Shown in pieces: positions 20,006 to 30,594 of a stretch of DNA of 64,000 bases. The stretch lies in NCBI GenBank assembly GCA_905214545.1, contig CAJMMO010000003.1:124090-188089 (forward strand), given 5' to 3'. Below the pieces are notes generated by a model, which ran no database searches, had not been told where the DNA came from, and saw only the letters and a list, made by a program, of their open reading frames with translations. Position 1 is the first letter of the stretch. Each line of letters begins with the position of its first letter. Made by a program: the position numbers and the translations under genes. Origin of the DNA: an uncultured bacterium. Its GTDB lineage: Bacteria; Bacillota; Bacilli; Lactobacillales; Lactobacillaceae.

Positions 20006-21469
20006 ATGACAAAAAGGCAAATCTTCCTAGCAACCATCGCCTTGCTCTTAGCCAACTTCATGGGCGGCCTGGACGCCACCATCGTCAACACCGCCCTGCC
20101 CGTGATCACCAGCCAGCTCAACGGCATGCGCTACATCGGCTGGGTCAGCTCCACATTTTTACTCGGCACCGCCGTCACCACGGTCCTCTGGGGCCAAGTC
20201 GGCGCCATCATCGGCAACAAGCGCGCCTTCCAAAGCGGCCTGGTGCTGTTTATCTTCAGCTCCATGCTCGGCGGCCTGGCGCCCAACATGGCGGTCCTGA
20301 TCGCCGCCCGCGCGCTCATGGGCATCGGGGCCGGCGGCATGGTCTCCATTCCCTTCATCGTCTACGCCGACCTCTACCCCAACGCGGCGCAGCGGGCCCG
20401 CGCCATCGGCTGGGTGACCGTCGCCTACACCTTATCCACCGTGGCCGGGCCGGTCATCGGCGGCTTCTTAGTCGACGCCCTGTCCTGGCACTGGGTCTTC
20501 TTCATCAACGCCCCGCTGGGACTCTTATCCTTCCTGCTCCTGCAGGTCAACTTTAAAGAAGAAAAAAAGCGGCAGGTTAACCGCAACTTCGACTACCTAG
20601 GCGCCGGGTTGCTGGTCATTGCCTTAACGGTCTTGCTTTTAGCCAGCGACTCCTTGGCAGCAAGCTTTCCGCGCGCCGGCATCTTGCTAGGCCTTGGCCT
20701 AGTTTTCGCCATCATTTTTTACCAGGTGGAAAAAGGCAAAGGGGACAAAGCCCTGATCCCGGTCGTCTTGTTAAAAGACTGGCGGATCCAGGCCCAGAAC
20801 CTGATCTTGTTCTTGCTGAACGGCTTTTCCATCGGCTACAGCGTCTACGCCCCGCTCTGGGCCCAGGGCCTGCTGGGCACCAACGCCACCTTGGGCGGCC
20901 TGACCCAAATCGCGGCTTCCCTGCTCTTAATGGTCGGCACCCGCGTCACCGCGCACTTGATGGAGATCCGGCCCCACTACAAGTGGATCGTCGTGATCGG
21001 CACCGCCAGCGCCCTGTTTTCCGCAGCCTGCATCGTGCTGGCGACCCAAAACGCGCCTTACTGGTGGCTGATCTTCAGCGGCGCCTTTGAGGGCTTTGGC
21101 ATCGGCCTGTCCGCCGTCCCCATCCAGGTCTCCATCCAAGACGGCGTCAAGCAAGAACTGATCGGCGTCTCCACCACCTGGGGCCTTTTATTCAGGACCA
21201 TGGGCGAGACCTTCATGTCGGCCATCTTCGGCGCAGTCTTGAGCCTGAAAAACAATAGCCAGCTGCACGGGAAAATCACCGCAGCGCTCATGAACAAGCT
21301 GACCAACCCGCAGTCGGCCAAGAGCTTGCCCGCTGCCCTGCTGCCTCAGATGAAGACGATCTTGTACAACAGCCTGCACACGATCATGCTGCTCTGCTTG
21401 GGCTTGACCATTGCGGCCTTTGCCATCAACCTCCTGCGCAAAGAGCCGCAAAAACAGGCCCGGAAATAA
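20006..21469 (+). CDS. MFS drug efflux transporter (DHA2 type)
   Basis: LDATIVNTALP, GP.IGG.L, WHWVFFIN.P.G, many TM segments. Confidence 0.92.
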   Translation: MTKRQIFLATIALLLANFMGGLDATIVNTALPVITSQLNGMRYIGWVSSTFLLGTAVTTVLWGQVGAIIGNKRAFQSGLVLFIFSSMLGGLAPNMAVLIAARALMGIGAGGMVSIPFIVYADLYPNAAQRARAIGWVTVAYTLSTVAGPVIGGFLVDALSWHWVFFINAPLGLLSFLLLQVNFKEEKKRQVNRNFDYLGAGLLVIALTVLLLASDSLAASFPRAGILLGLGLVFAIIFYQVEKGKGDKALIPVVLLKDWRIQAQNLILFLLNGFSIGYSVYAPLWAQGLLGTNATLGGLTQIAASLLLMVGTRVTAHLMEIRPHYKWIVVIGTASALFSAACIVLATQNAPYWWLIFSGAFEGFGIGLSAVPIQVSIQDGVKQELIGVSTTWGLLFRTMGETFMSAIFGAVLSLKNNSQLHGKITAALMNKLTNPQSAKSLPAALLPQMKTILYNSLHTIMLLCLGLTIAAFAINLLRKEPQKQARK

Positions 21470-21546
21470 TTAAAAAGCACTCATTTTCTGCATGCGTGCT
21501 TTTTTATTTTGCTAGAATTAAGGCAGTTAGAAAAAGAAGTGATGAG

Positions 21547-22134
21547 ATGAAACTGACCGGTTACGAAGACCTGCGCGTGCAACGGACCATCAACAGCATC
21601 TACAAGGCTTTTGAAGAGCTGATCTGCGAAAAAGAATACCCGAAGATCACCGTCAAAGAGCTGGCCGAGCGCGCCCAAATCAATAAAAAGACCTTTTACC
21701 GCTACTACCCGACCCTGGACGACCTGCTCCACGAGCTGCAGGCCCAGTATGCCAAAAAATACATTGCTGAGGTCAAGGACTTTCAATACCCGCAAGACCT
21801 GGAAAAAAGCGTGGCCTGCTTTTTAGAGTTTTCTGCAAGCCAGGGCGAAGCCTACGACAAGATCACCGTCAGCGGCGGTGAGTCGTCCTATGCCGGCATC
21901 CGCGGCCAGATGATCAACGAGGTCATGACCAAGACCTGGGGCCAGTCGGCGACCTTCAACCTGATGAGCCCCTGGCAAAAAAAGGTCCTGCTGGACTTTG
22001 TCGAATCCGTGGGTTTGAACATCTACAAGGCCTGGGTCGACGACGGCAAAAAAGAGCCGCTGGCTCAGGTCATCAAGCAGGCCCAAGCCTTGGTGGCAGG
22101 CGGGGTTGGCCAATATTTAAAGATCAACGATTGA
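21547..22134 (+). CDS. TetR/AcrR family regulator
   Basis: DLRVQRT, ITVKELAERAQINKKTFYRYY. Confidence 0.92.
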   Translation: MKLTGYEDLRVQRTINSIYKAFEELICEKEYPKITVKELAERAQINKKTFYRYYPTLDDLLHELQAQYAKKYIAEVKDFQYPQDLEKSVACFLEFSASQGEAYDKITVSGGESSYAGIRGQMINEVMTKTWGQSATFNLMSPWQKKVLLDFVESVGLNIYKAWVDDGKKEPLAQVIKQAQALVAGGVGQYLKIND

Positions 22135-22269
22135 GCTGGATTTGCCGTCCGGCTTATTTTTTTACTCTCTTTTTTAAAAATGGTGGCATATGTCTCTTTT
22201 GGCAAAATACTGCCCATTTTTTAAAAAGGCGAAAGCAGCCATACTATGGTCAACACTTAAAGATGAGAG

Positions 22270-22659
22270 GTGGTCATAGTGCCAGAAAAAATTTTAACAG
22301 ACGAACAAGCAGCGGCCGCAGTCGTCCGCCAGCAAGTCCAAGGCATGGTCAACGGCGACATCGCCCTTTTGAAAAAGGTGCTGGCGCCCGACGCCGTGCT
22401 CTACCACATCACCGGCGCCAAGCAGAGCCGCGACGAGTGGCTGCAGCAAATCCAGTTAGGCCGCATGCATTACTTTGCAAACCGCGAGGTCCTGCTGCAG
22501 GCCAGCGTGAAGGGCGACACGGCCCAAGTCATCAGCCGCAACGAACTCGACGCGCGCATCTATGGCTTTCGCAATACCTGGCCGCTGGAAAGCCGGGCGA
22601 AGCTGAAAAAAACAGCTGGACGCTGGCAGATTGTCGAATCGCGTGCAGCATTGTATTAA
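22270..22659 (+). CDS. NTF2/SnoaL-like (DUF4440) protein
   Basis: M..GD...L..VLA.D..L.H.TG..Q...EW...W.I pattern; start may be 22279. Confidence 0.75.
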   Translation: MVIVPEKILTDEQAAAAVVRQQVQGMVNGDIALLKKVLAPDAVLYHITGAKQSRDEWLQQIQLGRMHYFANREVLLQASVKGDTAQVISRNELDARIYGFRNTWPLESRAKLKKTAGRWQIVESRAALY

Positions 22660-22675
22660 AAAAGAGGTAATTAAA

Positions 22676-23533
22676 ATGGCAGCAACAGTGCAATTAAACA
22701 ACGGCGTCGCAATGCCGACCTTGGGCTACGGCGTCTTCCAAATCCCGGAGGCAGAGACTAAAAAAGTGGTGGGCCAGGCCTTAGACGCCGGCTACCGCTT
22801 GATCGACACCGCCGCCGGCTACTTGAATGAGCAAGCCGTGGGGCAAGCCATCAACGCAAGCGGCATCCCCCGCGACCAGATTTTTTTAACGACCAAGCTC
22901 TGGGTGCAGGACTACGCGAGGCAAAATGCCGCTAAGGCCATCGACGGCGCCTTAAAGCGGCTGGACCAAGACTACATTGACCTGCTCTTGCTCCACCAGC
23001 CCATGGGCGACTACTACAACGCCTGGCGCGCTTTGGAAAAGGCGCAAAAAGCCGGCAAGGTCCGCGCCATCGGCGTTTCGAACTTTACCAGCTACCAAGT
23101 CGCCGACTTAATGGTGCATAGCGAGGTCAAGCCGGCCGTCGACCAGATCCAGATCAACCCTCTGAACCCGGAAAATGCCAACGTGGCCTGGCTTAAGGAC
23201 AACGGCATCGTTCCCGAAGCCTGGGGCCCAATGGGACAAGCAGCAAACGGCATCTTCACGAACCCTGTTTTGGTCAAAATCGCTGAAAACCACCACAAGA
23301 CGGTTGGGCAAGTCATGCTGCGCTGGAACCTGCAACGCGGTGTGGTGGTCATCCCGAAGTCCGTCCACGAAGCCCGTATCAAGGAAAACTTTGCTGTCTT
23401 CGACTTCACTTTGACTGGCGAAGAAATGCAGCAGATTGCAGGCCTCGACCAGCACAATTCTTATTTCCACGGCCTGCTCACGCCGCAGACTGTGGAAACT
23501 TTAGGCAACATGAAATTCCCATATCAAAACTAA
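22676..23533 (+). CDS. Aldo/keto reductase
   Basis: LNNG..MP.LG.G, DTA..Y, TKLW, LLHQP, IGVSNF, IPKS. Confidence 0.95.
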   Translation: MAATVQLNNGVAMPTLGYGVFQIPEAETKKVVGQALDAGYRLIDTAAGYLNEQAVGQAINASGIPRDQIFLTTKLWVQDYARQNAAKAIDGALKRLDQDYIDLLLLHQPMGDYYNAWRALEKAQKAGKVRAIGVSNFTSYQVADLMVHSEVKPAVDQIQINPLNPENANVAWLKDNGIVPEAWGPMGQAANGIFTNPVLVKIAENHHKTVGQVMLRWNLQRGVVVIPKSVHEARIKENFAVFDFTLTGEEMQQIAGLDQHNSYFHGLLTPQTVETLGNMKFPYQN

Positions 23534-23551
23534 TTATTGGAGGTAAACATT

Positions 23552-24409
23552 ATGGCAGAACAAACTTACGTAACTTTAAACAACGGCACGAAGATCCCCC
23601 AATTCGGCTTGGGCGTGTACATGATTAACGGCGACGCTGCCACCGAACAGGCCGTCAGCGCGGCCTTAAAGCTGGGCTACCGCCACATTGACACGGCCCA
23701 CGCCTACCAAAACGAGCGCGGCGTCGGCCGGGCCGTCAAAAACAGCGGCATCCCCCGCAGCGAGATCTGGATCACCAGCAAGCTGTGGCCCAGCGACTAT
23801 GGCAAGGACAAGACGCCCGTTGCCATCGACAAGATGCTGGCCCGCTTAGACACCGACTACATCGACCTGCTCTTGCTGCACCAGCAGTTCGGCGACTTTG
23901 TCGGCGCCTGGCAAGCCATGGAAGAAGCGGTCAAGGCCGGCAAGGTGCGGGCGATTGGCTTAAGCAACTTTGACGGCGAACGCTTAGACCAGATCTTGGA
24001 CATCGCGACCATCAAGCCGGCCGTGATGCAGGTTGAACTCCACCCTTACTACCAGCAGCAGGCCTTAAAAGACAAGCTGAAGCCTTTTGGCACCAAGTTT
24101 GAGAGCTGGTACCCGTTGGGCCACGGGGATGCGGGCTTGCTCAACGAACCTATTTTTACCCAATTGGCTGAAAAATACGGCAAGACCAACGCGCAGATCA
24201 TCTTGCGCTGGCACATCCAAAAAGGCCACATCGTCTTTCCGAAGTCGACGAACCCGCAACACATTAAAGACAACATCAACATCTTCGACTTTGAGCTGAC
24301 GCCGGCAGAAATGAAGCAGATCGACGCCTTGGACAAGAACCAGCGCTACTTCACGATGTCGCTGGCCCAGCAGAAAAGTGCTTTTTCAAGCTTCAAGCCT
24401 GCTGATTAA
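23552..24409 (+). CDS. Aldo/keto reductase
   Basis: GYRHIDTA.AY, SKLW, IGLSNF, FPKS. Confidence 0.95.
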   Translation: MAEQTYVTLNNGTKIPQFGLGVYMINGDAATEQAVSAALKLGYRHIDTAHAYQNERGVGRAVKNSGIPRSEIWITSKLWPSDYGKDKTPVAIDKMLARLDTDYIDLLLLHQQFGDFVGAWQAMEEAVKAGKVRAIGLSNFDGERLDQILDIATIKPAVMQVELHPYYQQQALKDKLKPFGTKFESWYPLGHGDAGLLNEPIFTQLAEKYGKTNAQIILRWHIQKGHIVFPKSTNPQHIKDNINIFDFELTPAEMKQIDALDKNQRYFTMSLAQQKSAFSSFKPAD

Positions 24410-24480
24410 GCTCAATGACCTCTTTAGATAAATCTCCGCACACAAAAACACCCCTTATGGGGTGTTTTTTTTATCTGCAA

Positions 24481-25206
24481 TTACTTAATGGTAATATCGC
24501 CTTCGTCAGCCGAAACCTTGATGACATTCTTGCTCTTCGTGTCCTTCAAGTAGTGGCTGGCGTCATCGCCGCTCACGTCCCTGCCGTGCACCGTCAGGTC
24601 GCCTTCGTCAGTAGCTAGGTCGTAGCCGCTGGCCGCAGTGCCGCTAATGTTCACGTCGCCTTCATCCGCGTAAACAGACAGCCCGTTTTGCAGGCTCAAA
24701 CCGTGCAAGTTGACGTCGCCTTCGTCAGTCGCAATCTTCAACTCCTTTTCGGTCGTCACTTGGCGCAAGGTCACGTCGCCGTCTGAGCTGTGGATTTCGC
24801 CTGCAATGGTTGCCAGTTTTTCCACATTGATGTCGCCTTCCTCGGTGCGAATGTCAACGCGCTTCAGCTTTTCCGGGACCACAATCGTCACGCGCTCAGT
24901 GCCCGAGCAGTGGTAGCTGCCGTGAATCGGCTGGCTGAGCGTCAGCTGGCCGTTTTTCACGGTCGCCGTCGGCGTAAAGTGCTGGTGGCCTTCGTAGCTG
25001 ACCTTAAACTCTTTGCCGGTCTTAATCTCCAAGTCTGCGAGGTCTAAGTCGGCCTTGATGCTGCTGAATTCCTTAGTCGACAAAGTTTTGACGACTTTGT
25101 TGCCGGCCTTGTGCCGGCCCGCCCCGACGTTGACGCGGGTATGGCAGGCTGCACAGCTGATGCTTACGAGGGCTAAAAGGCCAAGTGCGAGGTATCTTTT
25201 CTTCAT
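24481..25206 (-). CDS. DUF4097-like beta-repeat lipoprotein
   Basis: Lipobox-like SCAAC; repeated (T/A)DEGD(V/I/L) units. Confidence 0.75.
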   Translation of the reverse strand: MKKRYLALGLLALVSISCAACHTRVNVGAGRHKAGNKVVKTLSTKEFSSIKADLDLADLEIKTGKEFKVSYEGHQHFTPTATVKNGQLTLSQPIHGSYHCSGTERVTIVVPEKLKRVDIRTEEGDINVEKLATIAGEIHSSDGDVTLRQVTTEKELKIATDEGDVNLHGLSLQNGLSVYADEGDVNISGTAASGYDLATDEGDLTVHGRDVSGDDASHYLKDTKSKNVIKVSADEGDITIK

Positions 25207-25336
25207 GTTTGCCACCTATGTTTCCTATATTTTCTTATGATTATATACGTTTCCTATATTTTCTTTTGATTATATATGATGGCGTGGCCTGCCTACAAAG
25301 ATAATGCACCATCTGTGTCAAACTTTCTCTGTACAA

Positions 25337-25369
25337 TTAGCACGCTAACTAATATAATTAGCATGCTAA
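25337..25369 (+). promoter_or_regulatory. Two MarR-type palindromic operators around TATAAT
   Basis: TTAGCACGCTAA and TTAGCATGCTAA upstream of the MFS-marR pair. Confidence 0.6.
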
Positions 25370-25386
25370 CTAATTAAGGAGGAACT

Positions 25387-26784
25387 GTGATGAAGAAAAA
25401 AAGCAATGTCAGTTTCATCGTCGTGGTCCTGCTCGGCGGTCTGCTCGCCACCATGACCGAGACGATCATGAACAACTCGCTGACGACGATCATGAAAGAA
25501 CTCCATGTGAGCGAGTCCACTGCCCAGTGGCTGTCGACGGGCTACATCATGGCGGCCGGGATCGTCATGCCGGTTGCCGTCTACCTGATCCACCGCTTTA
25601 AACTGCGGCAGCTTTTTCCAACCTCTTTGGCGATTTTTTTAGCGGGCACGATCATTGGTTCATTGGCCCCGAACTTCTACATTTTGCTGCTGGGGCGCAT
25701 CATCCAGGCCGTTTCCGTGGGCATCATCATGCCCCTCGTCCAAAACTTAATGGTCCTGCTCTTCCCGCCTGAAAAAAGAGGGTTTGCGCTCGGGATCTCA
25801 GGTTTCGTAATCGTGCTGGGCCCTGCGATCGGCCCGACCCTGTCGGGCTGGATCGTCGGGCGCTGGAGCTGGCGGATGCTGTTTATCTTCCTGCTCCCCA
25901 TCACGGTCATCATCTTGCTCTTGGCTTTGATTTTCACCAAAAACGTCACGCAGCAAGAAGACGACAAGCTCGACCTGCCGTCCGTGCTGGCCTCCAGCGT
26001 GGGCTTGGGCCTGATCTTATTCAGCTGCTCGCACATCGGCAACGCGGCTGCCATCGACCTGACTGCCATCATCACGATGGTCTTGGGGCTGATCGTCACG
26101 GGCTTCTTCGTCGCTCGCCAATTAAAACTTGACCAGCCGCTTTTGGAAATGCGGGTCTTCAAGGCCCCGTCCTTTACCAAGGCGACGATCCTGGCTTCCA
26201 TCACATCCATCGCGATGCTGGGCGTCGAACTGCTCTTGCCGCTTTATTTGCAAAACGTGCGCGGCGTTTCGGCCTTGGCGTCGGGGCTGATCATGCTGCC
26301 GGGGGCCTTAGTCATGGTCGTGCTGTCCCCGCTTGCCGGCAACTGGTACGACCGCTTCGGGATCAGGCCGCTGGCTTTTGGCGGTTTCACCATCATGCTT
26401 TTAACCTCGATCCCGATGATCTGGTTTAATGAAAAAACTTCCCTGGTCTGGATCGCGGTCCTCTACGCCTTGCGAATGAGCGGCGTAGGTTTGGCGATGA
26501 TGCAGCTGAACACGGCGGGCGTCAACGCGCTGCCGGAACGCTACTCGATCCACGGCAACACCGTGACGGCGACGGTGCGCCAAGTTGCAAGCTCGTTGGG
26601 GACTTCCTTGCTCGTCACGATTGCTGCTGTCTTTGCCAGTCAGGCTAAGGCAGGCGGCACTGCGCAGCGGGCCAGCTTGAGGATTGGCTACAGCTGGTCG
26701 TTTGCAGTCATCGTCTTTATCTTGTTAATATGTTTAGCAATGACCTTTACTTTGAAAAACAAGACGACTCCAGAAATTAAGTAA
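25387..26784 (+). CDS. MDR family MFS transporter (LmrB-like)
   Basis: ET.MN..L, QWLSTGY, GPAIGPTLSG, WRMLF. Confidence 0.92.
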   Translation: MMKKKSNVSFIVVVLLGGLLATMTETIMNNSLTTIMKELHVSESTAQWLSTGYIMAAGIVMPVAVYLIHRFKLRQLFPTSLAIFLAGTIIGSLAPNFYILLLGRIIQAVSVGIIMPLVQNLMVLLFPPEKRGFALGISGFVIVLGPAIGPTLSGWIVGRWSWRMLFIFLLPITVIILLLALIFTKNVTQQEDDKLDLPSVLASSVGLGLILFSCSHIGNAAAIDLTAIITMVLGLIVTGFFVARQLKLDQPLLEMRVFKAPSFTKATILASITSIAMLGVELLLPLYLQNVRGVSALASGLIMLPGALVMVVLSPLAGNWYDRFGIRPLAFGGFTIMLLTSIPMIWFNEKTSLVWIAVLYALRMSGVGLAMMQLNTAGVNALPERYSIHGNTVTATVRQVASSLGTSLLVTIAAVFASQAKAGGTAQRASLRIGYSWSFAVIVFILLICLAMTFTLKNKTTPEIK

Positions 26785-26795
26785 GGAGGGGTGAG

Positions 26796-27239
26796 ATGGA
26801 AAACAACGACATCGGCTTTTTGATCAAGCACTTGAACATCTTGGTGGGCAAGCAGTTTGCCCAGAAGCTGGAAAGCAGGCAGACTGGCTATACCAGAACC
26901 CAGATCCAGGTCATCGCGTATTTGATGGACCACCCTGACGAGCCCGTGCAGCAGCGCGACTTGGAGCACGTGCTGAATTTGAGCCGGCCGACGATCAACG
27001 GGATTGTGAAGCGGCTTTCTGCTAAAGGCGCGGTGCACTTGGTGCCTGGTGAAGAAGACCGGCGGTTAAAGCGGCTGGTTTTGTCAGACAAAGCTAAAAA
27101 AGAGGCTGACGCTCATCGCGACAGCTTCAAACAGGACGTGCAATTTATTGAAGACCAGCTGACGGCTGGCATGACGCCGGACCAAGTGACGCAGTTGAAG
27201 CACAGTCTGCGGCAATGTATTGAGAATATGCAGAAATAA
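26796..27239 (+). CDS. MarR family regulator
   Basis: Q.DLE..L.LSRPT...I.KRL...G, DRR.K.L.L. Confidence 0.9.
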   Translation: MENNDIGFLIKHLNILVGKQFAQKLESRQTGYTRTQIQVIAYLMDHPDEPVQQRDLEHVLNLSRPTINGIVKRLSAKGAVHLVPGEEDRRLKRLVLSDKAKKEADAHRDSFKQDVQFIEDQLTAGMTPDQVTQLKHSLRQCIENMQK

Positions 27240-27265
27240 AAAACACCCCCAAGGGGGTGTTTTTT

Positions 27266-27784
27266 TTACTTTATTTTTTTAATCAACAGATAATCGATCT
27301 GCGGGTCGCTGCCGACCTGGTAAACGTGCTGGCTGATTTTTTCGAAGCCGTCCTTGGCGTAAAAGGCGCGCGCCACCTTGTTGTGCTCGTAGACGCCCAG
27401 CCAGATGTAGTCCTTGCCTTCGTCGCGCGCGAGCTGGTCTGCGTACTTTAGCAAGACCAGGCCCAGGCCGCGGTGCTGGAACTTGCTGCGCAAATAGATG
27501 CGCTCTAGCTCAAAGGCGTTGGGCTTTAAGTGCTCGGTCTGAGCAGCCCCGACGTTGACTTTCAGGTAGCCTGCCACTTCGCCTTCGACAATTAAAAAGA
27601 AAAAGCGGCTGTCGGGGTTGTTGATTTCAGCTGTTAAACGTTCGTCAGAATAGTTTTCTTTTAAGAACTTAGCCATATCGGCCGGCGCCGTAAATGGATC
27701 GAAGGTCTTTTTAAAGGTCTCTCTGGAAATGGCCTGCAGCTCTTTTAAGTCGGCAAGCCCTACTTTTTTGATGGTGTAAGTCAT
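27266..27784 (-). CDS. PaiA-like GNAT acetyltransferase
   Basis: AGYLKVN...AQTE, ELERIY, WLGVYEHN..A..FY. Confidence 0.9.
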   Translation of the reverse strand: MTYTIKKVGLADLKELQAISRETFKKTFDPFTAPADMAKFLKENYSDERLTAEINNPDSRFFFLIVEGEVAGYLKVNVGAAQTEHLKPNAFELERIYLRSKFQHRGLGLVLLKYADQLARDEGKDYIWLGVYEHNKVARAFYAKDGFEKISQHVYQVGSDPQIDYLLIKKIK

Positions 27785-28239
27785 TAGTAATTCCTGCTCC
27801 CTCCGCTTTTTACAAAGTGCCAGCTGGCGCTGGCGTTATCTGCAACTTTGGTTAAGAGTCGTAAAAGTTCTTCTTTTTCTGCATTTGTGAGGCCGGCGAG
27901 CGCTGTGCGGTTTGAATAGGTATTTTCGCGCTCGATAACTTGGGCCAGCTCTTTCCCTTTTTCAGTTAGGAAAAGCCTTTTGACCTTTTTGTTGGCCGGG
28001 TCGGTTCTTTTTTCGGCCAGGCCGTTTTTCACCAGCTTTTGCACGCCCCGGGCAGTCGTCGTCCGGTCGATGTTTAAAAGCTCGGCCAGGCGGTCGGAAA
28101 TGATGCCGGGGTGCTCGCTGATTCGAACCAGGTAGAGGTACTGGCCGCGGGTCAGCTGCATGTCCTTGAACTCGCTGTTGGCGATGGAGTCAAAGGACCG
28201 CGCGATGGTGCCGATTTTTCGTAAAGCGTCTTCTTGCAT
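27784..28239 (-). CDS. MarR family regulator
   Basis: LTRGQYLYLVRI.E.PGI, DRTT.AR, LT.KG. Confidence 0.9.
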   Translation of the reverse strand: MQEDALRKIGTIARSFDSIANSEFKDMQLTRGQYLYLVRISEHPGIISDRLAELLNIDRTTTARGVQKLVKNGLAEKRTDPANKKVKRLFLTEKGKELAQVIERENTYSNRTALAGLTNAEKEELLRLLTKVADNASASWHFVKSGGSRNY

Positions 28240-28372
28240 GCGTCTCACCTCGCAGCAAATATTATAATATTATTGTTGCATTTGCAACATATAATATTGT
28301 TGACAGTCAACTAAATGATGCTATGATTAATTAAAATTATGTTAACAGACAACAAAAAAAGAGGTGCTAACC

Positions 28373-29059
28373 ATGGCAAAAGTTTTAGTAATTCAAGCTC
28401 ACCCGCACATCCCCAACAGCTTATCGCTCACCGTTGGCGACGAATTTATCAAGTCTTACAAAAAAGCGCACCCAGACTACGAAATCATCATGCGCGACCT
28501 GTACGCAGGCGACGGCGTCCCGCCCCTCAACGACTTGACGATGAACGCTTGGCGCAAGCAGAAGTTCGAAGAGCCGTTAACCGATGATGAAAAAAAGCTG
28601 CTGACGAGGCACGAAGCCTGGCTGGACGAATTCATCAGCGCCGACAAGTACGTCTTCATCAATCCGATGTACAACCACTTTTTGCCGGCCGAAATGAAGC
28701 AGTACCTAGACCTGACGGCGGTGGCCCACAAGACCTTCAAGTACACGGCTGCGGGCTCAGTCGGCCTGCTCCACCACAAAAAGGTCATGCACATCCAGGC
28801 CGCCGGCAACAACTATCATAAAGGCGGCAAGTGGGGCATCGTCAAATTCTTTGTTCGCAAAAAACTCAACAAGCCTAACAAGGACAGCTGTGCCCTGCTC
28901 GACCTGGGCTCCTTGTACCTGACCAACATGATGAAGTTCTACGGCATCGACGACCTCGATTCCATCTACATCGAAGGCGCAGACGCCAACCGGGCCCAGC
29001 GCCAGGAGATCCTGGAGGCGGCGCTGCAACAGGCCCATGCCAAGGCGCAAAAGTTTTAG
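28373..29059 (+). CDS. azoR: FMN-dependent NADH-azoreductase
   Basis: KVLVI.AHP, ADKYVF..PMYN, K.Y.D......TFKYT..G..GL. Confidence 0.88.
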   Translation: MAKVLVIQAHPHIPNSLSLTVGDEFIKSYKKAHPDYEIIMRDLYAGDGVPPLNDLTMNAWRKQKFEEPLTDDEKKLLTRHEAWLDEFISADKYVFINPMYNHFLPAEMKQYLDLTAVAHKTFKYTAAGSVGLLHHKKVMHIQAAGNNYHKGGKWGIVKFFVRKKLNKPNKDSCALLDLGSLYLTNMMKFYGIDDLDSIYIEGADANRAQRQEILEAALQQAHAKAQKF

Positions 29060-29090
29060 TGTAAAATATGGCTGAAAGGAGGCGCCCACG

Positions 29091-29570
29091 GTGTCCTTAA
29101 CTGCAGAAATCATCGAAAACCTGGCCCTGCTGCGCAGCAGCGGGACCGGCAACAACTTGACCCAAGAAAGACAGTGGCTGTTAAACCAGCTGGACGACCC
29201 GCGCTTGCAAGAAGCCGTAGCCACGCTGTCGATCGTGGCCTTGCACACGCTGTCGGCGCTGGAAAAAGGCGAACAGACCGGGATTGAGCTGGCAAGTGAA
29301 TTAGGCGTGACGCGCGGCGGCATCACCCGGGCGGCCAAGAAGCTGGTGCAGCTTGACCTGGTGGACCCGGCGCGCCACCCCGACGACCAAAAAAAGCTCT
29401 TCTATAGGCTGACGCCGGCCGGGCGCAAGATTGCGCGCCAGCACGACAAGCTGCACGAAGAGCTGACAGAAAAGTTTGAAAAAGAGCTGACGGGGCAGTA
29501 TTCGGAACAAGAATTAAACCTGATCAACGACTTTTTAACAAAATTGAATAAGGATGAAGCAGAGTTTTAA
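29091..29570 (+). CDS. MarR family regulator
   Basis: LA..LGVTRGGITR..KKL, D.K...Y.LT..G. Confidence 0.85.
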   Translation: MSLTAEIIENLALLRSSGTGNNLTQERQWLLNQLDDPRLQEAVATLSIVALHTLSALEKGEQTGIELASELGVTRGGITRAAKKLVQLDLVDPARHPDDQKKLFYRLTPAGRKIARQHDKLHEELTEKFEKELTGQYSEQELNLINDFLTKLNKDEAEF

Positions 29571-29602
29571 AAAAAGCATCCCCTAGCGGGGATGCTTTTT
29601 TG

Positions 29603-30139
29603 CTATTCGAAATCGCCTAAGGCAGGGATGCTGTCTTGTTCAAGGTAGGCGCGGTAGTCCTTGGCGGCCTGCGCCAAGTCTGCGTCGGCGATTGAAGTGG
29701 CGCCGGTCACCGTGAACGGCTTGACGAAGGTCGTGCCGATCAGGCGGCTGGTCGCCTGGAATGGCCGCAGCAGCTCGTGAGGCTCATACTTTGCGAAACC
29801 GTCACGGCCGTAGTTGTTGGCGCCAAAAGTTGCAGCGATCAGCAACTCTTTGCCGTGGAGCTTATCGCCGTTAGGGCCGTAAGCCCAGCCAAATTCCAGC
29901 ACGTCGTCTTCCCACTGCTTTAACAGGGCTGGTGAAGAATACCAGCGGATCGGGAATTCCAAGACGATGCGGTCGGCTTTTTCCAAGACCTCTTTTTCCT
30001 TTTCGACGTCGATCTTGAAGTCGGGGTAAAGCGCGTAGAGGTCGCGGACTTCGAATTCGTCGTTCACGTTTTGCACTAAGGCCTTGTTGGCACGGGAGTT
30101 GCTAAAATCAGGGTGGAATAAATTAATGATGGTCTTCAT
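29603..30139 (-). CDS. Flavodoxin-fold NAD(P)H-dependent oxidoreductase (KefF/YwrO-like)
   Basis: HPD...S..N, LY.LYPD..ID...E, FP..WYS.PALLK.W.D, GWAYG. Confidence 0.9.
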   Translation of the reverse strand: MKTIINLFHPDFSNSRANKALVQNVNDEFEVRDLYALYPDFKIDVEKEKEVLEKADRIVLEFPIRWYSSPALLKQWEDDVLEFGWAYGPNGDKLHGKELLIAATFGANNYGRDGFAKYEPHELLRPFQATSRLIGTTFVKPFTVTGATSIADADLAQAAKDYRAYLEQDSIPALGDFE

Positions 30140-30162
30140 GTTAAAAACGCTCCTTTACTTAG

Positions 30163-30570
30163 CTAGTCGTCAATAATCTTGTATTCTTCGAAATATGATT
30201 TGCCTTTTTTGATTTCGCCGCTTTCATACAGCGAGATCTTATGTTTCAACCGGTTGATGGAACGGTCAAGGTCGTGCCTTTTTTCCTCCAAAAGGGCCAG
30301 CTGCTCTTTTAACAGGTCCTCTCTGGCTTGGAGGGTCTGGTCGCCCTGCTGCAGCAGTTCGGCATAGTCCACCAAGGTTTCCACAGAGACGCCGTAGTGG
30401 CGCAAGCAGATGATCATCTCGAGCCAGCCCTGCATCCCCTCGGTGTAGTAGCGGTTGCCGTTGGCAGCGCGCGGAACTTTGGGGAGCAGGCCGATGCGCT
30501 CGTAGTAGCGCAGGGTGTCGGCTTTGATCTGATACTTTTTGCTGACTTGGGTAATGGTTAGGTTTGGCAT
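30163..30570 (-). CDS. MerR family regulator (AdhR-like)
   Basis: TLRYYERIGLLP...R..NG.R.Y, ICLR. Confidence 0.92.
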   Translation of the reverse strand: MPNLTITQVSKKYQIKADTLRYYERIGLLPKVPRAANGNRYYTEGMQGWLEMIICLRHYGVSVETLVDYAELLQQGDQTLQAREDLLKEQLALLEEKRHDLDRSINRLKHKISLYESGEIKKGKSYFEEYKIIDD

Positions 30571-30594
30571 TTCCTCGTCCTCCTTACAATTGCT

